Assembly (NCBI RefSeq): GCF_964213995.1
Contig: NW_027590117.1
Location: 3,162,001-3,226,000 of the forward strand
DNA: 64,000 nt
Direction of reading: 5' to 3'
Source: Mustelus asterias
Lineage: Eukaryota
Position 1 is the first letter of the stretch; the number at the start of each line of letters is the position of its first letter. Below, piece after piece: positions 39,291-51,827 of the stretch. The notes under the pieces were generated by a model. That model was not told where the DNA came from and did not search any database. It was given only the letters and a program-made list of their open reading frames with translations. The position numbers and the translations under genes are program-made.

Positions 39291-39699
39291 TTATAGCTCC
39301 GGGAGGAATGGAGGTGTGGACATTGCTGATTGGTCACTTTGTTGCTGCCTCTCAGCATCTTGTTCATATGACCAATCAGAAACCTGCTTAACTCACCAAT
39401 CCGGAGAGCCCACGGAGTGAGGGCGGAAAATAACGGCGCCAAAATCTCAGATTCGAACCGATTTCATTTCAAACTGTAAAAGCCACCAAAGCGGAAAGAA
39501 CAAGAGTTTCGAAAATTATACGAATAGGTAATGGTTAATTAATTTTGAGTAATGTAAGAATCTCCCTTTCTCTCCTTCCCCAGTCTATAGTTAACCTGTA
39601 TCTGGCAGTTTCTGATTTTCAGCCTGGGCTTTTCGGAAAATAAGTCGAAAATAACAAACCGTTGCTGATCGTGAAATCTGAATTCAAATTTCCTTTCCT

Positions 39700-40336
39700 T
39701 TACCCCAATTCCGTCGGGACCTGGGGTGGAGGGTGATGCATGCAGCAGTTCCGCACAACCGTAGGATTCACTGGTTCACGGGCTCCGAAGACTGCCCTTT
39801 CTTCGGCCTTGTGGAGTCCGTGGACCATGTCTATGTTGTGTGTCTTAGGCTGCACTCCCTTTATGTTTTCCTAAAGAACCTTTTGTTGATGTTTTGTTTG
39901 CACTTCAGTCCCACGCTCCTGATCTCCGGACACCCGGTGCGGAGAGGGGAGGGTCGGATGGCGACCTCCTCGTGAACCTGCTCCTGGGCCTGGCGAAACG
40001 CGCCATTTACCGGGCCAGGCTGCGGGCGATCGAGGGGGCCGTCCATCCTGACTGTCTTCCCCTCTACCGCGGCTACGTTCGCGGCCAGGTGTCCCTGGAG
40101 AGGGAGCATGCGGTGTCCACGGGCGAGGTTGACGCTTTCCGCGCCCGCTGGGTACCGCAGGGGTTGGGGTGCATTATTGGCCCTAATAATCACATTTTAA
40201 TTTTATGTTTTTAAGTTTCCTTTGTACTTTGATTTCTGTTCGGGCTGTTCCCCCTCCTTTTTGGGGAGCTGCCCCTTTTACTTTGTCCTGATTTAATCTG
40301 AGTTTGTTTACTTGGTTTGGTTTGACCTAAAAAGAG
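39700..40336 (+). mobile_element. Tx1/L1-clade LINE 3' fragment
   Basis: C-terminal zinc-knuckle region 'W..MHAAV....CPF.G.VESVDHVY..C.RL', 'LVNLLLGLAKRAIY', pyrimidine-rich 3' UTR. Confidence 0.75.
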
Positions 40337-41136
40337 GACAACACCTACATTTAAAAAAAATCTCCCTTTCTCTCCTTCCCCAGTCTATAGTTAACCTGTA
40401 TCTGGCAGTTTCGGATTTTCAGCCTGGACTTTTCGGAAAATAAGTCGAAAATAACAAAATTTTCACTATTCATTTTTGAAAAGTTCGCAGATGTATTTAT
40501 AAAACAAGAAATACATTTCAAATAAAATCTCTCAATAATTAACTGTTGAACAACAAAGTGTTTAAAACATCAGTATCTGTTTGCACCATTTCACATTTTA
40601 TCCCAAGTTGCAGATTTGCTTTTAGAATCCTGGATCCATTCGGGGTTAATCTCGGCCCTTTTTAAAACTCTCGAACTCGCCGCCAGAAAGTCTCATTGAC
40701 ATCGTTCTGTAAACGGACGGGATGTTCTCCATATTCGTGAGAATCAAGAGGGGAGTGAACATTTTCGGTGTAAATTGACCAGTGCCGAGACTGAGGTTCC
40801 TGCACAATCGGGGCTGATAGGGAATAAACTGATCGATTATCAAGACCAAACTGGAACAGAATTGGAAGCTGACACATTTGCTCCATTCGCTCTCTCTCTC
40901 TCTCTCTCTCTCTAAAGTCGGGGAAACGGGCCTCTGAGATCTAAGTGCGGAGGCGGTCGGAAACCAATTAATTAATTAATGAAACATTATTAATCAGACG
41001 CTGGGCGATCAACTTGCATTACTCAGTACCTATCATTGATCAACAGTAAAAACAATTAGATTGTTCGAGACGCTTCAGAGTGAAAGATTAATTGAAACTA
41101 AATGGATGATACAGCTTTTTCAGGGAGATTGTGAGT

Positions 41137-41152
41137 GGCTCTTAAAAGAGCC
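41137..41152 (-). terminator. Histone 3' stem-loop (H2B copy 1)
   Basis: Minus strand GGCTCTTTTAAGAGCC followed by AAAAAGCTG HDE. Confidence 0.95.
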
Positions 41153-41186
41153 GTTGTGTTTGGGATGTTTTTCAGTCCATGGGGTT

Positions 41187-41561
41187 TTACTTGGAGCTGG
41201 TGTACTTAGTCACCGCCTTTGTCCCTTCCGACACGGCGTGCTTGGCCAGTTCCCCGGGCAGCAGCAGGCGCACGGCGGTCTGGATCTCCCGGGAGCTGAT
41301 GGTGCTGCGCTTGTTGTAATGGGCCAGGCGGGAAGCCTCACCCGCGATGCGCTCGAAAATATCGTTCACGAACGAGTTCATGATGCTCATGGCCTTGGAG
41401 GAGATGCCGGTGTCGGGGTGAACCTGCTTCATCACTTTGTAGATGTAGATGGAGTAACTCTCCTTCCTCGACTTTCGCCGCTTCTTCCCGCCCTTTATTA
41501 CCGGTTTCTTAATCACTTTCTTCGCCCCCTTCTTAGGAGCTGCTTTCTTCTCATCCACCAT
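41187..41561 (-). CDS. H2B: Histone H2B (copy 1), 124 aa
   Basis: [12 protein letters not shown]...[27 protein letters not shown]...[10 protein letters not shown]; ATG at 41561. Confidence 0.98.
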   Translation of the reverse strand: MVDEKKAAPKKGAKKVIKKPVIKGGKKRRKSRKESYSIYIYKVMKQVHPDTGISSKAMSIMNSFVNDIFERIAGEASRLAHYNKRSTISSREIQTAVRLLLPGELAKHAVSEGTKAVTKYTSSK

Positions 41562-41611
41562 TGTCACAGTTAATTTCAGACACAGAATCACTGAGTCGCG
41601 CTCGGAACTCC

Positions 41612-41722
41612 TCTTTTATGGATCAAAGCAGAGGCCTATGCTAATGAAGGATTGCTGAAAGCCCTGTTCCCCATTGGCTCATTCACAATGATGTCAATTC
41701 GTGACGCTCTCTCTCTGATTGG
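41612..41722 (-). promoter_or_regulatory. H2B promoter: TATA-like CATAAAAG, octamer variant ATTAGCAT, two CCAAT boxes
   Basis: Minus strand order CCAAT...CCAAT...ATTAGCAT...CATAAAAG upstream of the ATG. Confidence 0.75.
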
Positions 41723-41747
41723 TTAGTTCAGATACACAAACACATAG

Positions 41748-42072
41748 TTTTTTTTATACTTTTCCAATTCAATCAAATCTAATTCAGAGTCTCAACAAGT
41801 TGAGACATTTCAGATCCAGGCTGACAAGACAGGACGGGAGACCAAAACCACCCTGTCCTGGGCCTGATCGACATGAGTCAAGCTGATTGGAGAAGGGGGA
41901 GGATCCTCCTCCAAGACTTGAGCTCATTTGCATCTTAGCCAAAAGGCCGAGATGCCGCTTTTAAAAATTGCTTCATATGAAACATATGAAGCCTCAGCGT
42001 AACCTAATGACCTCAACCAAGTGCAGGCAATCCATACTACACTTGATCTGAGCCAAAAGGCCGAGAAGCGAT
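41748..42072 (-). mobile_element. U2 snRNA-headed, poly(A)-tailed short retroelement (copy 1)
   Basis: Begins ATCGCTTCTCGGCCTTTTGGCTCAGATCAAGTGTAGTAT (U2 nt 1-39, one mismatch); second U2 piece (nt 7-27) at 41932..41952; ends TATAAAAAAAA; second copy at 47220..47543. Confidence 0.85.
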
Positions 42073-43400
42073 GTGGATTTGAGCAGCAACCAGCCTGTTG
42101 TCAATCCGTCCTTTCCCCTTGTCCGCCCCGATCCACCCAATCCCCTGACTCTCTCACTCCCTCTGCCGCACCAGCGCATTCTCTCTGCTGCTAATCCCAC
42201 ATCACTCTATCAGACTGCTGATACTGTTCATACATTTCCCCTTCCTCACCAGCACCAACTGCTCTGCTTTACTTCCGCCCATCACCGGGAGCTGGCAGTG
42301 TACAATATCTGGGCGTGTGGAAGGGGAATAAGTTTGATGAGCAACAGCCACATTGACATTGTTGCTAAAACAAAAAGCTGATTGCAAGAAGGAGTGGAAT
42401 CAGAATTGGATATTACTGGCTACAAGCCTTGATACGGTTCCACACCAGAGGCAAATAAAGAAAATGAGAGCACGTGGAATGGTGGGGGCTGGGTGGGTGG
42501 GTGGGTGGCTGGGTGGGCGGGCGGGGGGGGGGGGGGGGGCCTGGGGGAGAGAATGTCCTGGAATAGACTGAGAACGAGCTGATGGACAGAAAACTGAGAG
42601 TCGGAACAAATGGGTCATTTTCAAGTTAGCAGACTATGACAAGTGGGCTACCACAAGGATCAGTGTTTGGGCCACTGCTTTCTACAATCTGTGTATCAAT
42701 GATTTGGGATTAAAGGTAATATTTCCAAATTGGGAGCTGTCACAAACAAGGTGGATGTGTGAGTTGTGAGAAGGAGGCAAAGACTCTTTGTGTGTATTTG
42801 AAGAGGCTGAGCGAATGGGCAACAATTTTGCAGATAGAAGCAATGCGGAGAGATATGAGGAGATTTAATCATTAAATATGTTCATGAGTGAGATTGATAG
42901 ATTTCTACATATCAAAAACATCAAGGGTTACGGGGATAGTTCAGGAAAATGGTGTTGAAGTGGAAAATCAGTCATGATTTCACTGTATGGCAATGTAGAC
43001 TCGAAGAGCCGAATGGCCGACACTTGCTCCAATTTCTTATCTTCTAATTATGTTTTAGCATGGTCATCATTCTGTGACTGTAATTAACGATAAATGAGTA
43101 CAAGGTACTTCTTGTATCCTGTCACAATATGACTGTGGCTTTAAAAATAGAACAGAGCATGTCCATAGCTAGTGACTGACCTCCTATTTTCCAACAGACT
43201 TTCCACAATTGAATTCCACATTTAGGTAAGGGATGGAATACTCTCCACTCACTGGTCAGTGCACCTCCAACAACACCAAAGAATCTCAGAAACAAATCTA
43301 GTTTTTGGTTTCACTTGCAAACCATTCACCAGCTTCAGCATTTACTCCCTCAACCATTCATACACAGTGTGCACCATTTGTGAAGTACACTGCAAGAACG

Positions 43401-43730
43401 GGCGACACAATGGTTAGAGAGCTGCCTCACAATGCCAGGGACCCAGGTTCGTTTCCGGCCTCGGACGCCTGTCTTTGTGGAGGTTGCATATTCTCCCCTT
43501 ATCTGCATGGGTTTTCTCCAAGTGCACTGGTTTCCTCCCACAGTTCAAAGTTGTGCAGGTTATTCGGATTGGCCATGTTAATTGCCCCTTGGTACCCCAA
43601 GATGTGTAGTTAGGGGATGTAGCCGTGGTAAATTTGTGGGGTTATGGGGATAGGGCCTGGGTAAAATGTTGAGTCAGTGCAGACTTGATGGGTCGAATGA
43701 CATTCTTCTGCACTGGAGGGATCCTATTCT
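43401..43730 (+). mobile_element. Older V-SINE-like SINE
   Basis: Diverged tRNA head, V core and tail. Confidence 0.7.
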
Positions 43731-45299
43731 AAATCAGTGAGGCTGAGTGTGGGACTGAAATAGCATCTCACTATTTCATGTACAGAATGTGATTAATTAT
43801 GCGCCTGTAAGTATTGGGTACAGTATGTGAAACAAAATGTGTATTTGTCTGTTGATTGCCAGCTTGCATGTGTGAGATTGGCTGAACATAATTTTGTGAC
43901 TCATGCACAATATCAGTCTCCACTGTGTGTGTTAATATGGGGTAAATTCTGCTCATGCCAGTGTCTTGAATTGAATGGGAGTTTGATTTCAGTTCTGCAG
44001 GCATGTGTCATTGAGTAACTGCATAAGTGTCTGAATCATACTGTATGCATCGGTCTCTGGTACAACATTTGGTGTGCTTTTCTGTCTGTCTGTGATGTTG
44101 TGTGTGAATGCAGGGTTCATTCTATGGATGCTACTTGTGATACTGTGTGAGAGTGGACTTCATTTTGCTTCACTGTTTCTCAAAACAAAAGTTTGAATGT
44201 AGGTATCATTCTGTAGTTGTCATTCTCTAGTATGTTTTGGAATTCCTTGTTCTTCCATCTGTCTCTAGAGAGTTTGAGAAAGTAGGATTAATTTTACATC
44301 TGTGATTCTCTGATTATCCATGTGGGTGTAGGAATCAATCTTTATCCATGTGTCTCTTGCGTTGTGTTGAAGTGTGGGATACTTCTGTACTTTAAGGTGA
44401 CATGTATCTCAGACATTGTGATAAACACTACATGCTAAAATTATAATGTGTTGATATTTGTTCATCTTTCAATTTATTTTTTCATGTAGATTTCCAGTAC
44501 ATTTGACTGTCCCTGTTTATATTCAGCAGCTGTGTGTGAGTATTCAATTTGTAATTCTGTGAATGGTAACAATTGGATACATAACCTGGGAAGCAATTCC
44601 TGCAATTGGAAGCAAAGGAATTGCTGTTACATCTTTCTGTCTTACTCATATTGAGCTTTTTTGGATTCATTTACATATTTATCAGGTAATTAATTGTAAT
44701 TTATTCAGTATTGTACAATTATCTTTTGTCTGTCTGAGCGAAGAATTGTTACTTAATGTGTGATCAAGGTGACACCGTGTTTTATATCTGTGAGTGGATG
44801 AATTTGTTTTATTCCTGTGATATATACCTGTCAAGATAAAAGATAAGAAAATGTAGATGTACAAAAGGACTAAAAATGTTAACATGCAGGTCCAGATGGC
44901 AATTAGGAAGGCTAATGATATGTTGGACGTTATTGCAAAAGGTTTTGAGTACAGCAGAAGTGAAGCCTTACTTTAATTGTATAGCAGCTTAGTTAGACGG
45001 CACCTGGAGAACTGTGTGTAGTTTTGGTCCCCTTACCTTAGGAAGGATAATTATTTTGTGATAGAAAGTGTAACAAAGGTTCACCAAACTTGTTCCAAAG
45101 ATCAGAGAGGCATCTACATCGGTACAGACTTGGTGGGCTAAAGGATCTGTTTCTGTTCTGTATTGTTCTTTGTTCTTTGCATCCCTATAGTGGGGGAGGA
45201 TATTTATGCCATCTAGTCTGCACTGACTCAGCATCTTACATTTTCCCACACAACCCCCTCCCACACTATCCAAATAACCCACAAACCATTGAATCTGCA

Positions 45300-46380
45300 C
45301 AAGCTGGAACACAAAGGAACATGCAACCTGTGACCATCACCCTCTGCTTTATGCCACTACGAAAGTTTTTGATGCAATTTTCCAAATTATACTGGATCAC
45401 ATGGGCTCATATCTTCTTGACCAGTCTCCCATTGTCAAATGCCTTACTGAAGTCCATGTGGACGACATCAACTCACTGCCCTGACCTACAAGGCTAGACA
45501 ACTCCCCAAAAAATTCAATCTAATTTGTTAGACATGATCTCCCCCGAACAAAGCCATGCTGACTATCCTTGATTAATCCTTGCCTCTGCAAATGGAGATT
45601 AATTTTGACCCTCACAATTTTTCTCAATAGTTCCCCTTACACTGATTTCAGACTTTAAACAACTGCATTGTGTCCTTGTCACCTCAAGTACATCTCCACT
45701 CTCCAACACTACAATGACTTCCCTGGTCAGTATTGTCATCCCACCTCTCCTGTTCTCTTATCTATCTCTTTCTGAACACAATTCTTGAATATTCAGCACC
45801 CTGTCTTCACTCTTTAAGCCACATTTCTGTCATTTCCTTCGCATCAGATTCCCACATTTCTCTTGGTCCTTCAAGCTCATCAACCTTATTTATCACACTT
45901 TGTGTTTACATACATTGGAAACCTGTCTTGACATTCTTCATAGTACTTGTTTGTCTCCTTCTATCCAACATGGTATTACTTCCTTCTCCTGTATTATCCA
46001 TCACTCTCCCTCCTTTCTGCCCTTATTCCTTTCTGCTACTTTTATATGTATCACAACCTCTATCCTATCACCCTCCTCTTTCAGGATGTCCTGCAGCGAT
46101 TCAGTGACATCCCTGACACTGGCCAGAGAGATAACACACCATCCTGAAGTCAAATCCTTGGCCACAGAAATGCTTGTCTGCACTACTGACTGATGAATTC
46201 CCTATCACTATTGCTCTTCCTGTCTTCTTCTTCCCCACCTGTTCAAGCAAGATGCTTGTGGTGCCAGAATCTTGGCTCTGACTGCACTCCTCTGGGGTGC
46301 TGACCAGCACCCTCATCTGCATCCAAAATGGAAGACATGTTCGTGACTAGGATCCCAGGGGACTCCTGCAGTACCCGTTT
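45300..46380 (-). mobile_element. Decayed CR1 fragments including ORF1 esterase remnant
   Basis: 'KKTGRAIVIGNS..D.HFCG...RMVCYL' and 'VRDVTESLQDILK' resemble ORF 23146..23841. Confidence 0.65.
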
Positions 46381-46732
46381 GGGTGGCAGGGTGACAAAGT
46401 GGTTCGCATGGCTGCCTCACAGCATGAGGGACCCGGCTTCAAGTCTGGCCTTGGATGGCTGTTTGTGTGGAGTTTGCACATTCTCCCGGTTTATGTGTGG
46501 GTTTCCTCCTGGTGCTCTGGTTACCTCCCACAGTCCAAAAATGTGCAGGTTAGGTGGATTGACCATGCTAAATTGCCCTTTAGTGCCCCAAGATGTGTAG
46601 GTTAGAGAGATTGGCAGCGTAAATACCTGGGGTTATGGGGATAGGGGCTGGGTAGGATGGTTATTGGTGCAGGCTCGATGGGCTGAATGGCCCCCTTCTG
46701 CACTGTAGGGATTCAATAATTCTATTCTATGA
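46381..46732 (+). mobile_element. Older V-SINE-like SINE
   Basis: tRNA head, V core, tail (ttcta)n. Confidence 0.75.
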
Positions 46733-47063
46733 TTCCACATGCCTGTTCTTCCTGGACTGCTCAGTGGTCACCCATTCCCTTCTTTCCTCTAGTACCTTGA
46801 GCTCTGCTGTGACCATCTCTCTAAATGTGCTGTCCATATAACTCTCAGCCTCTCAAATGCATCACAGTCTGTCCAGCTGCTCCTCAAGGTCCGAAACCTG
46901 GAGCTCCAGTTTCTGCAGCTGGGAACACTTCCTGCACATGTGGTCATTCAAGACACTGGCCGCATCCAAGACTCCCCACATGAGACAAACCACACATTCT
47001 ACTCAGCTGTCTTCACCTGACGTGTCTTCAATGTAAAATTTACACCTTATACTAGAACAAATC

Positions 47064-47752
47064 AGATGTCGTGATGCCGGCATTGGACTGGGGTGGGCAT
47101 GGTAAGAAGTCTCACAACACCAGGTTCAAGTCGAACAGGTTTATTTGGTAGCACGAGCTTTCGGAGCACTTCTCCTTCCTCAGGTGAGTGGAGAATTGGG
47201 TTCACAAACAGAGCATATATTTTTTTTATACTTTTCCAATTCAATCAAATCAAATCCAATTCAGAGTCTCAACAAGTTGAGACATTTCAGATCCAGGCTG
47301 ACAAGACAGGGCGAGCGACCAAATCACCCTGTCCTGGGCCTGATCTACATGAGCCAAGCTGATTGGAGAAGGGGGAGGTTCCTCCTCCAAGACTTGAGCT
47401 CATTTGCATCTTAGCCAAAAGGCTGAGATGCCGCTTTTAAAAAATTGCTTCATATGAAACACACGAAGCTTCAGTGCAACCCAATGACCTCAACCAAGCG
47501 CAGCCGACCATACTACACCTGATCTCAGCCAAAAGGCCAAGAATGAATCAGCTCATCAGCTGACTATTACATCACTCTGTGATTGGTTCCATGCTTTGTT
47601 GGGTCAGCTGACCCTTACATCTTGTTCCCATTGGTCACATTACATCCAATCAAAGTTGTCCCCGGTTACACTCCAACAAGGAGCAGCGTGCTGAAAGCTC
47701 ATGCCACCAAAAAATCCAGATGGACTTTAACCTGGTATTGTGAGACTACTTG
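47064..47752. mobile_element. Composite insertion: inverted PLE pLTR pieces enclosing U2-headed element copy 2, with 11-bp TSD
   Basis: pLTR (-) at 47064..47219 with intact hammerhead; pLTR (+) at ~47678..47752; CTAGAACAAAT at 47052..47062 and 47753..47763. Confidence 0.7.
47220..47543 (-). mobile_element. U2 snRNA-headed short retroelement (copy 2)
   Basis: Colinear with 41748..42072 over its whole length; U2 nt ~6-39 at 47510..47543; poly(A) at 47220..47227. Confidence 0.85.
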
Positions 47753-48414
47753 CTAGAACAAATAAAGATAATATATAATAATTTTCCCAATAAATAACAT
47801 GCTTCGTTTAGCTTCAGCTAAATATGTAGATGTGCTTGAAACAGTTCAGAGAAGGTTTACGGGATTAATACCAGGAAGGAGCGGGTTGTCTCATGAGGAC
47901 ATGTTGGAGGGGATAAATTTGCAAGCGAGAGGTTAGAAGAGTAAGTGTCGACTTGATTGAAACTTTACAGATCTGAGTGGTCTTGACAGGATGGATATGA
48001 AGAGCATATTTCCTCTTGTGGGAGAATCTAGAATGAGGGGTCACTGTTTAAAAATAAAGGGTCATTCATTTGAGGCACAGATGAGGCGAGATTATTTTCT
48101 CTCAGAGGGTTGTGTGTCGATGGAACTCCCTCAAAAGGCAAAGCAAGCAAAATCTTTCAATATTTTGATTGCAGAGGTGGATAGAAAATCATAGAATACC
48201 TACAGTGTCGACGAAGGCCATTTGGCCCCTCGGGTTAGCACTGATTTTCCAACAGAGCATCTTTCTGAGGCTCACTCCTTGCTGCATCCCTGTAACCCCA
48301 TGCATTTACCCTGCTAATCCCCCTAACCTACACATCTTGGGACACAAAGAAGCAAGTTAGCATGGTCAATCCACCTAACCTGCACATCTTTGGAATGTGT
48401 GAGGAAACTGGAGC

Positions 48415-49385
48415 GTAGAAACATAGAAATCAGAAGCAGGAGTCGGCCATTCAGCCCATCGAGCTTGCTCCACAATTCATTCTGATCATTGAATTCAATA
48501 TCCTGATCCCCACTCTCCCCCCCATATCCCTTGATCCCTTTGAACCCAAGAGCTATATCTAATTTCTTCTTGAAACCAGATAACGTTTTGGCCTCAACTA
48601 CATTCTGTGGTCATGAATTCCGCACATTCACCACCCTCTGGGTGAGGAAATTTCTCCTCACCCAAGTTCCAAAAGCTTTACCCCTTATCCTCAACCAAGA
48701 CCCCTAGTTCTGGACTCCCCCACCATTTGGAATATTCTTTCCAGCCAACTTAGTCTCTCTGAATCCTAAGTGATTTAGTCTCCGATCATATGACACATCT
48801 GCCAGCCCAGGAATCAGCCAAGTAAACCTCCATTGTACTCTCTCTATAGCAAGGACATCCTTCCTCAGATAAGGACACCAAAAATGCACACAATACTCCA
48901 GGTGTGGCCTCACCAACGCCCTACACAATTGCAGCAAAACATCCCTATCTCTGTACTCAAATCCTCTCGCTATTAAGGCCAACATACCATTTGCCTTCTT
49001 TACTGCCTGCTGTACCTGCGCTCTTACTTTCAGCAACTGATGCATGAGGACTCCAAGATCTCATTGAATATCCACCTCTCTAAATTTACAACCATTCATG
49101 TAATAATCTTTTTTCCTATTCCTTCTACCAAAGTGGATAACCTCACATTTATCCACATTATAGTGCATCTGACATGCGATGTCCATGCACTCAGCTTGTC
49201 CAAATTACGCTGAAGTAACTCTGCATCCTCCTCACAGCTTACCCTCCCACCCAACTTCGTATCATCTGCAAATTTGGAGATAATACATTTAGTTCCCTCT
49301 TCTAAATCATTAATATATAATGTGAACAGTTGGGGTCCTGGCACTGATCCCTGCAGAACTGCACTAGTCACTGACTGCCACTCAG
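48415..49385 (-). mobile_element. CR1-like LINE 3' fragment
   Basis: ORFs 49096..49446 (FADDTKLGG) and 48704..49045 (LVRPHLEYCV). Confidence 0.8.
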
Positions 49386-50599
49386 AAAAAGCACCCAGAG
49401 GAACAAATGTTGACACAGGGAGAATGTGCAAATTCCAGACAGTCACCCAAGGTTGGAATTGAACCCGGCTCCCTGGTGCTATGAGGAAGCAAGGAGGTGA
49501 AAGATTATCGGGGATAGGTAAGGATGTGGGTTTGAAGTTACAATCAGACCAGTCATGATCATATTGAATGGTGGAGCAGGCTCAAGGGGCCAAGTGGCCT
49601 ACACCTGCTCCTAATTCAGACATTCATCTGTCTGGGAATTTTTGAAATATGTTCAAGAGAATTTCTTGGATCAGAGTATTCTCAAGAAACTATGAACAAA
49701 GCATTGCTGGATCTGGTGCTGGGGTGGGCCAAGGTTGGCCACATGAATCAAGTGTCTGTGTTTTTATCCAGTGATCATTGGATCACAAGCTTGACATTAG
49801 CAAGGAACAATCTAAAGTAAACATTCTAAATTGGAAGAGGACTAACTTCAATGCTTCTTAGTCTGCTCCTTCTGCAGTATTATCCATCACTCTCCCTCCT
49901 TTCTGCCCTTATTCCTTTCTGCTACTTCTATGTGCTGGTGTCGAACCCGCTGCCAATTTAGTTGAAACCCTCACCAACCAGACGACTGAACCATAAACCA
50001 ACAACAATGTTGTGCTTGGGGCCTGTGCTTGCAGAGCACAATGGATCAGAACTCCAGCAAGTGAACCTCTTGGCCATCTCTGCTGGGTGTGTGAGTGACA
50101 CTTACTGTGTGTGAGGAGCTGGCTGTAATTCACCTTGTGTGAAAGAATCGCTCCATTTATTCTGCTGGTTTCAACTCTTTGCCTGTCAGAAGGAAAAATG
50201 TTGATTAAATTTAAGAGGATAGGTAGAAAATACACTATACATTGAATATTTTAACAATTGCTTATCAAGCGCAAAGGAAGAACAGTCAAACAGAGTCAGT
50301 GTGTGATTCCACTGCCGTCCTGCAACACATGCACTGAAATACAGGTACAGAGACTGACAGATACAGAATAAAATGAACACACTGATATTGTGGATGAGAG
50401 CGATACAAACAAAAATAAAACTAATACCACCAAGAAGAGAATTATTACTACATGCAGTCACATGCACCACCTTTGGACAGACACACAATGAGACCCAGAT
50501 ACAGAATGAATCATAAACTCAGATATGTTCTCATCCATTCACAGATACAAATCCCACACTCACATGCTCTATCAGTGAGTAAATCCCACACTAAGCTTT

Positions 50600-51820
50600 A
50601 AAGTTCTTTGAGGAGGCAAAAGGAAGTTCGATAAAGGAGAACCAGTGGACGTGATTTATTTAGATTTCCAGAAGGCCTTCTGACACGGTGCGGAGTCGGA
50701 GACTGTTAAATAAGTTAAGAGCCCATGATGTTAAGGGTAAGATCCAGGCATGGATAGAGGATTGGCTGACTGGCAGAAGGTGGGGATAAAGAGGTCTTTT
50801 TCAGGATGGCAGCCGATGTTGAGTGGTGTGCCTCAGGGATCAGTGCTGGGACCACAACTTTTCACCATATACATTAACAATTTGGAAGCAGGAAGTGAAA
50901 GCTCTGTTGCTAAGTTTGCAGATGATACAAAGACATGGAGAGGGACAGGTAGTACTGAGGAAGCAGGGAGGCTGCAGAAGGACTTGGACAGGCTAGGAGA
51001 GTTGGCAAAGAAGTGGCAGATGGAATACAATGTGGAAAAGTGTGAGGTTATGCACTTTGGAGGGAGGAATGGAGGCATAGACTATTTTCTAAATGGGGAA
51101 ATGCTGAGGAAATCAGAAGCGCAAAGGGACTTGGGAGTCATTGTTCAAGATTCTCTTAAGGTTAACCGGCAGGGTCAGTTGGCAGTTCGGAAGGCAAATG
51201 CAATGTTAGCATTCATGTCGAGAGGGATACAATATAAGAGCAGTGATGTACTTCTGAGGCTGTACAAGGCTCCAGTCACACCCCATTTGCAGTATTGTGA
51301 GCAGCTTTGGGCCCCGTATCTAAGGAAGGATGTGCTGGCCTTGGAAAGGGCCCAGAGGAGGTTCACAAGAATGATCTCTGGAATGAAAAGCTTGTCATAT
51401 GAGAAACGGTTGAGGACTCTGAGTCTGTACTCATTGGAGTTCACAAGGATGAGGGGGGACCTTGTTGAAACTTATAGGATACTGTGAGGCCTGGATAGAG
51501 TGGACATGGAGAGTTTGTTTCCAAAATCAGGAAAAACTAGAACCAGAGGGCACAATCTCAGGCTAAAGGGACGATCCTTTAAAACAGAGATGTGGAGTAA
51601 TTTGTTCAGCCAGGGACTGGTGAATCTGTGGAACTCTTTGTTGCAGAAGGCTGTGGAGGCCAAGTCATTGAGTGTTTTTTAAGACAGAGATAGGTAGACT
51701 TGATTAATAAGGGGACCAGGGATTATGGGGAAAAGGCAGAATGAGGAAGAGAAAAATATCAGTCATGATTGGCGGATAAGACTCGATGGGCCGAGTGGCC
51801 TAATTCTGCTCCGATAACTT
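50600..51820 (+). mobile_element. CR1-like LINE 3' fragment
   Basis: ORF 50750..51487 '[19 protein letters not shown]' plus 3' tail. Confidence 0.85.
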
Positions 51821-51827
51821 ATGGTCT

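Noticed and set aside
42034-42072. Functional U2 snRNA gene
   Set aside because: Homology stops at nt 39 of ~190, there is no PSE upstream, and a poly(A)-tailed non-U2 body follows
42481-42547. G-rich tract with G-quadruplex potential
   Set aside because: It is a simple-sequence expansion inside a decayed LINE fragment with no functional context
45991-49927. 51-bp identical segment at 45991..46041 and 49877..49927
   Set aside because: Both copies sit in minus-strand CR1 ORF1 remnants, so shared repeat ancestry or local duplication is sufficient
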